DNA from: a virus
Taxonomy: Duplodnaviria > Heunggongvirae > Uroviricota > Caudoviricetes
Direction: 5' to 3' (one strand)
Length of the DNA: 27,042 bases
IMG/VR virus record: IMGVR_UViG_2751185961_000011
Under the pieces are notes generated by a model. It worked only from the letters and a program-made list of their open reading frames with translations. It ran no database searches and was not told the DNA's origin. Positions 25,457-27,042 of the stretch are shown one piece after another (the first letter of the stretch is position 1; each line of letters starts with the position of its first letter). The position numbers were made by a program, and so were the translations under genes.

Positions 25457-27042
25457 CACAGAAATACAAAACCATTATCACCACTGAGGGCCGCCGGAAG
25501 CTGGCCGAAGCCCTGAAGCCCGGTGGAAAAAAAGTCACCCTGGCAAAGATGCAGGTGGGCGACGGCAACGGCCAGGAAGTGGAGCCATCAGAAGGGCAAA
25601 AACAACTGGTGAAAAAAGTCTGGGAAGGGAATATCTCCAGCATCACACAGGATGCGGAGAATGAAAGCTTTGTCACCGCAGAGCTGGTTATTCCTGCTGA
25701 CCAGGGCGGCTTCTGGGTGAGGGAGATTGGGTTATTCGATGATGAAGGTGCCCTGATTGCTGTTGGCAACGTAGCAGAAGGTTACAAACCGAAGCTGGAG
25801 GAAGGTTCAGGTCGGGAGCAGGTATTCAGGATGGTTATTCTCCTGAGTAATATTTCTGCGCTGAATATTAAACTGGATCAGTCAGTTGTCATGGTCACAA
25901 AAGCCGCTCTGGATCAGGCCATCAAAGAACATGAAAAAAGCGGCACCCACCAGTCTGCATCCACAAGCACAAAGGGATTTGTGCAACTGAGCAGTGCCAC
26001 CGACAGTGACAGCGAAGAAACAGCCGCAACCTCTAAGGCCATCAAAACGCTGAAAGGAATGATTAATGAAAAATCTTCAGTCACTGACGCCACGACCAGC
26101 CAGAAAGGCATCGTCCGGCTGAGCAGCGAAACGGGCAGCGCCGCCGAAAACGCCGCTGCAACACCAAAGGCAGTCCAGCTCACCATGCAGAAAGCCACTG
26201 AAGCCGAAAAACTGGCTGAACAGGCTAAACAGAGTGCACAGGCAGCAAGTGAGAAAGCCTCAACACTGGAGCAACAAATCAATGCCACAAACCAGACCGT
26301 ACAACAACTTCAACAGTCAACACAAAGCGGAGCACAGAAGGCGAAATATACCGCGCTGACCGTTGATCTCAATACACTGGGAAAACCAGAACACCACGGG
26401 GATTACTATCAGTCGGCCAATAAAGATGCAACCACCGCCATGCACTACCCCGTTGAACAGGCGGGATACCTGTCCGTGAAAATGGGAGCCTGGGGTTTCT
26501 GTCAACAGGAATACACTACATGGAACCCCATCAGGAAGTTTGTCAGGGCTGTCAACGGTAATTTCACCGGAAATGGTCCATGGACGGACTGGAAGGAACT
26601 GGGGGCCGAGGGGCCAGCGGGTCGACAAGGACCTGCCGGGCCGACGGGGCCGCAGGGGAACACCGGACCACGAGGTTTGCAGGGAGAAACAGGAAGACAG
26701 GGCCCGACAGGTCCACAGGGCCCGACAGGTGAAACCGGACCACAAGGGCCAACCGGAAGGCTGGTACCCGGGGAAATTTACAGCATCGGAACATACATTA
26801 TTGCCGCACTAGGCCCGTATATAACCGACCTCAACAAAACCTATCAGCCAGGAGAAACTGTATCGGGTTCACGCCTTAAGCGATGCGCCCTAATCAAAGA
26901 CGAAAACGGGAACTATATGAAAGCTAACACCGATGGCATTGACGGCAGACTATCCTCAGTTCCGGGCTCATGGATGGTGTGTAATGAAATTACGTCGACA
27001 AATGACAATGAAGGCATCGGGCTGTTCCAGCGCGCATACTGA
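25453..27042 (+). CDS. H: Tail fibre protein (P2 gpH-like) with collagen-like Gly-X-Y region
   Basis: Start [21 protein letters not shown] resembles the conserved gpH N-terminus. Two roughly 30-aa tandem repeats. Collagen-like run of about 17 Gly-X-Y triplets (about 26590-26760). Stop at 27040-27042, the window end. Confidence 0.85.
   Translation: MTQKYKTIITTEGRRKLAEALKPGGKKVTLAKMQVGDGNGQEVEPSEGQKQLVKKVWEGNISSITQDAENESFVTAELVIPADQGGFWVREIGLFDDEGALIAVGNVAEGYKPKLEEGSGREQVFRMVILLSNISALNIKLDQSVVMVTKAALDQAIKEHEKSGTHQSASTSTKGFVQLSSATDSDSEETAATSKAIKTLKGMINEKSSVTDATTSQKGIVRLSSETGSAAENAAATPKAVQLTMQKATEAEKLAEQAKQSAQAASEKASTLEQQINATNQTVQQLQQSTQSGAQKAKYTALTVDLNTLGKPEHHGDYYQSANKDATTAMHYPVEQAGYLSVKMGAWGFCQQEYTTWNPIRKFVRAVNGNFTGNGPWTDWKELGAEGPAGRQGPAGPTGPQGNTGPRGLQGETGRQGPTGPQGPTGETGPQGPTGRLVPGEIYSIGTYIIAALGPYITDLNKTYQPGETVSGSRLKRCALIKDENGNYMKANTDGIDGRLSSVPGSWMVCNEITSTNDNEGIGLFQRAY

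Noticed and set aside
26584-26760. Highly repetitive GGx/CCx nucleotide tract, considered as a possible tandem repeat or CRISPR-like array
   Set aside because: It is the coding sequence of the collagen-like Gly-X-Y region of the tail fibre, in frame and without spacer-repeat structure.
1-27042. Search for tRNA genes, integrase, att sites and CRISPR arrays
   Set aside because: No cloverleaf-like conserved tRNA sequence, no regularly spaced repeat-spacer array and no tyrosine recombinase ORF were seen. By P2 synteny the int/att region lies outside this window.

Overview
This window reads as a P2-like (Peduovirus-type) prophage of an enterobacterium, covering the early/replication region through to the tail fibre gene. 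All calls rest on reading the translated ORFs, motifs and gene order; no database search was possible. Order on the + strand: early genes (1-5313) including a DnaQ-like exonuclease and a Dam-family methyltransferase; replication initiator gpA (5310-8093); an AT-rich two-gene island (about 8100-11170) encoding a second Dam-family methyltransferase and a 565-aa OLD-like ATPase/putative TOPRIM nuclease; a GC-rich non-coding region that by synteny should hold cos (11170-11521); portal Q and large terminase P on the - strand; then O, N, M, L, X, a holin/endolysin/spanin lysis cassette, a NanS-like esterase moron, and tail/baseplate genes R, S, V, W, J, I, H. The most interesting feature is the AT-rich island, which sits where P2 carries tin/old and is a candidate undescribed methyltransferase plus OLD-like nuclease defence system. 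Secondary points are the esterase moron inside the late operon, an antisense membrane-protein gene in the early region, and several precise palindromes and phased repeats. No tRNA, rRNA, CRISPR array, integrase or att site was seen.
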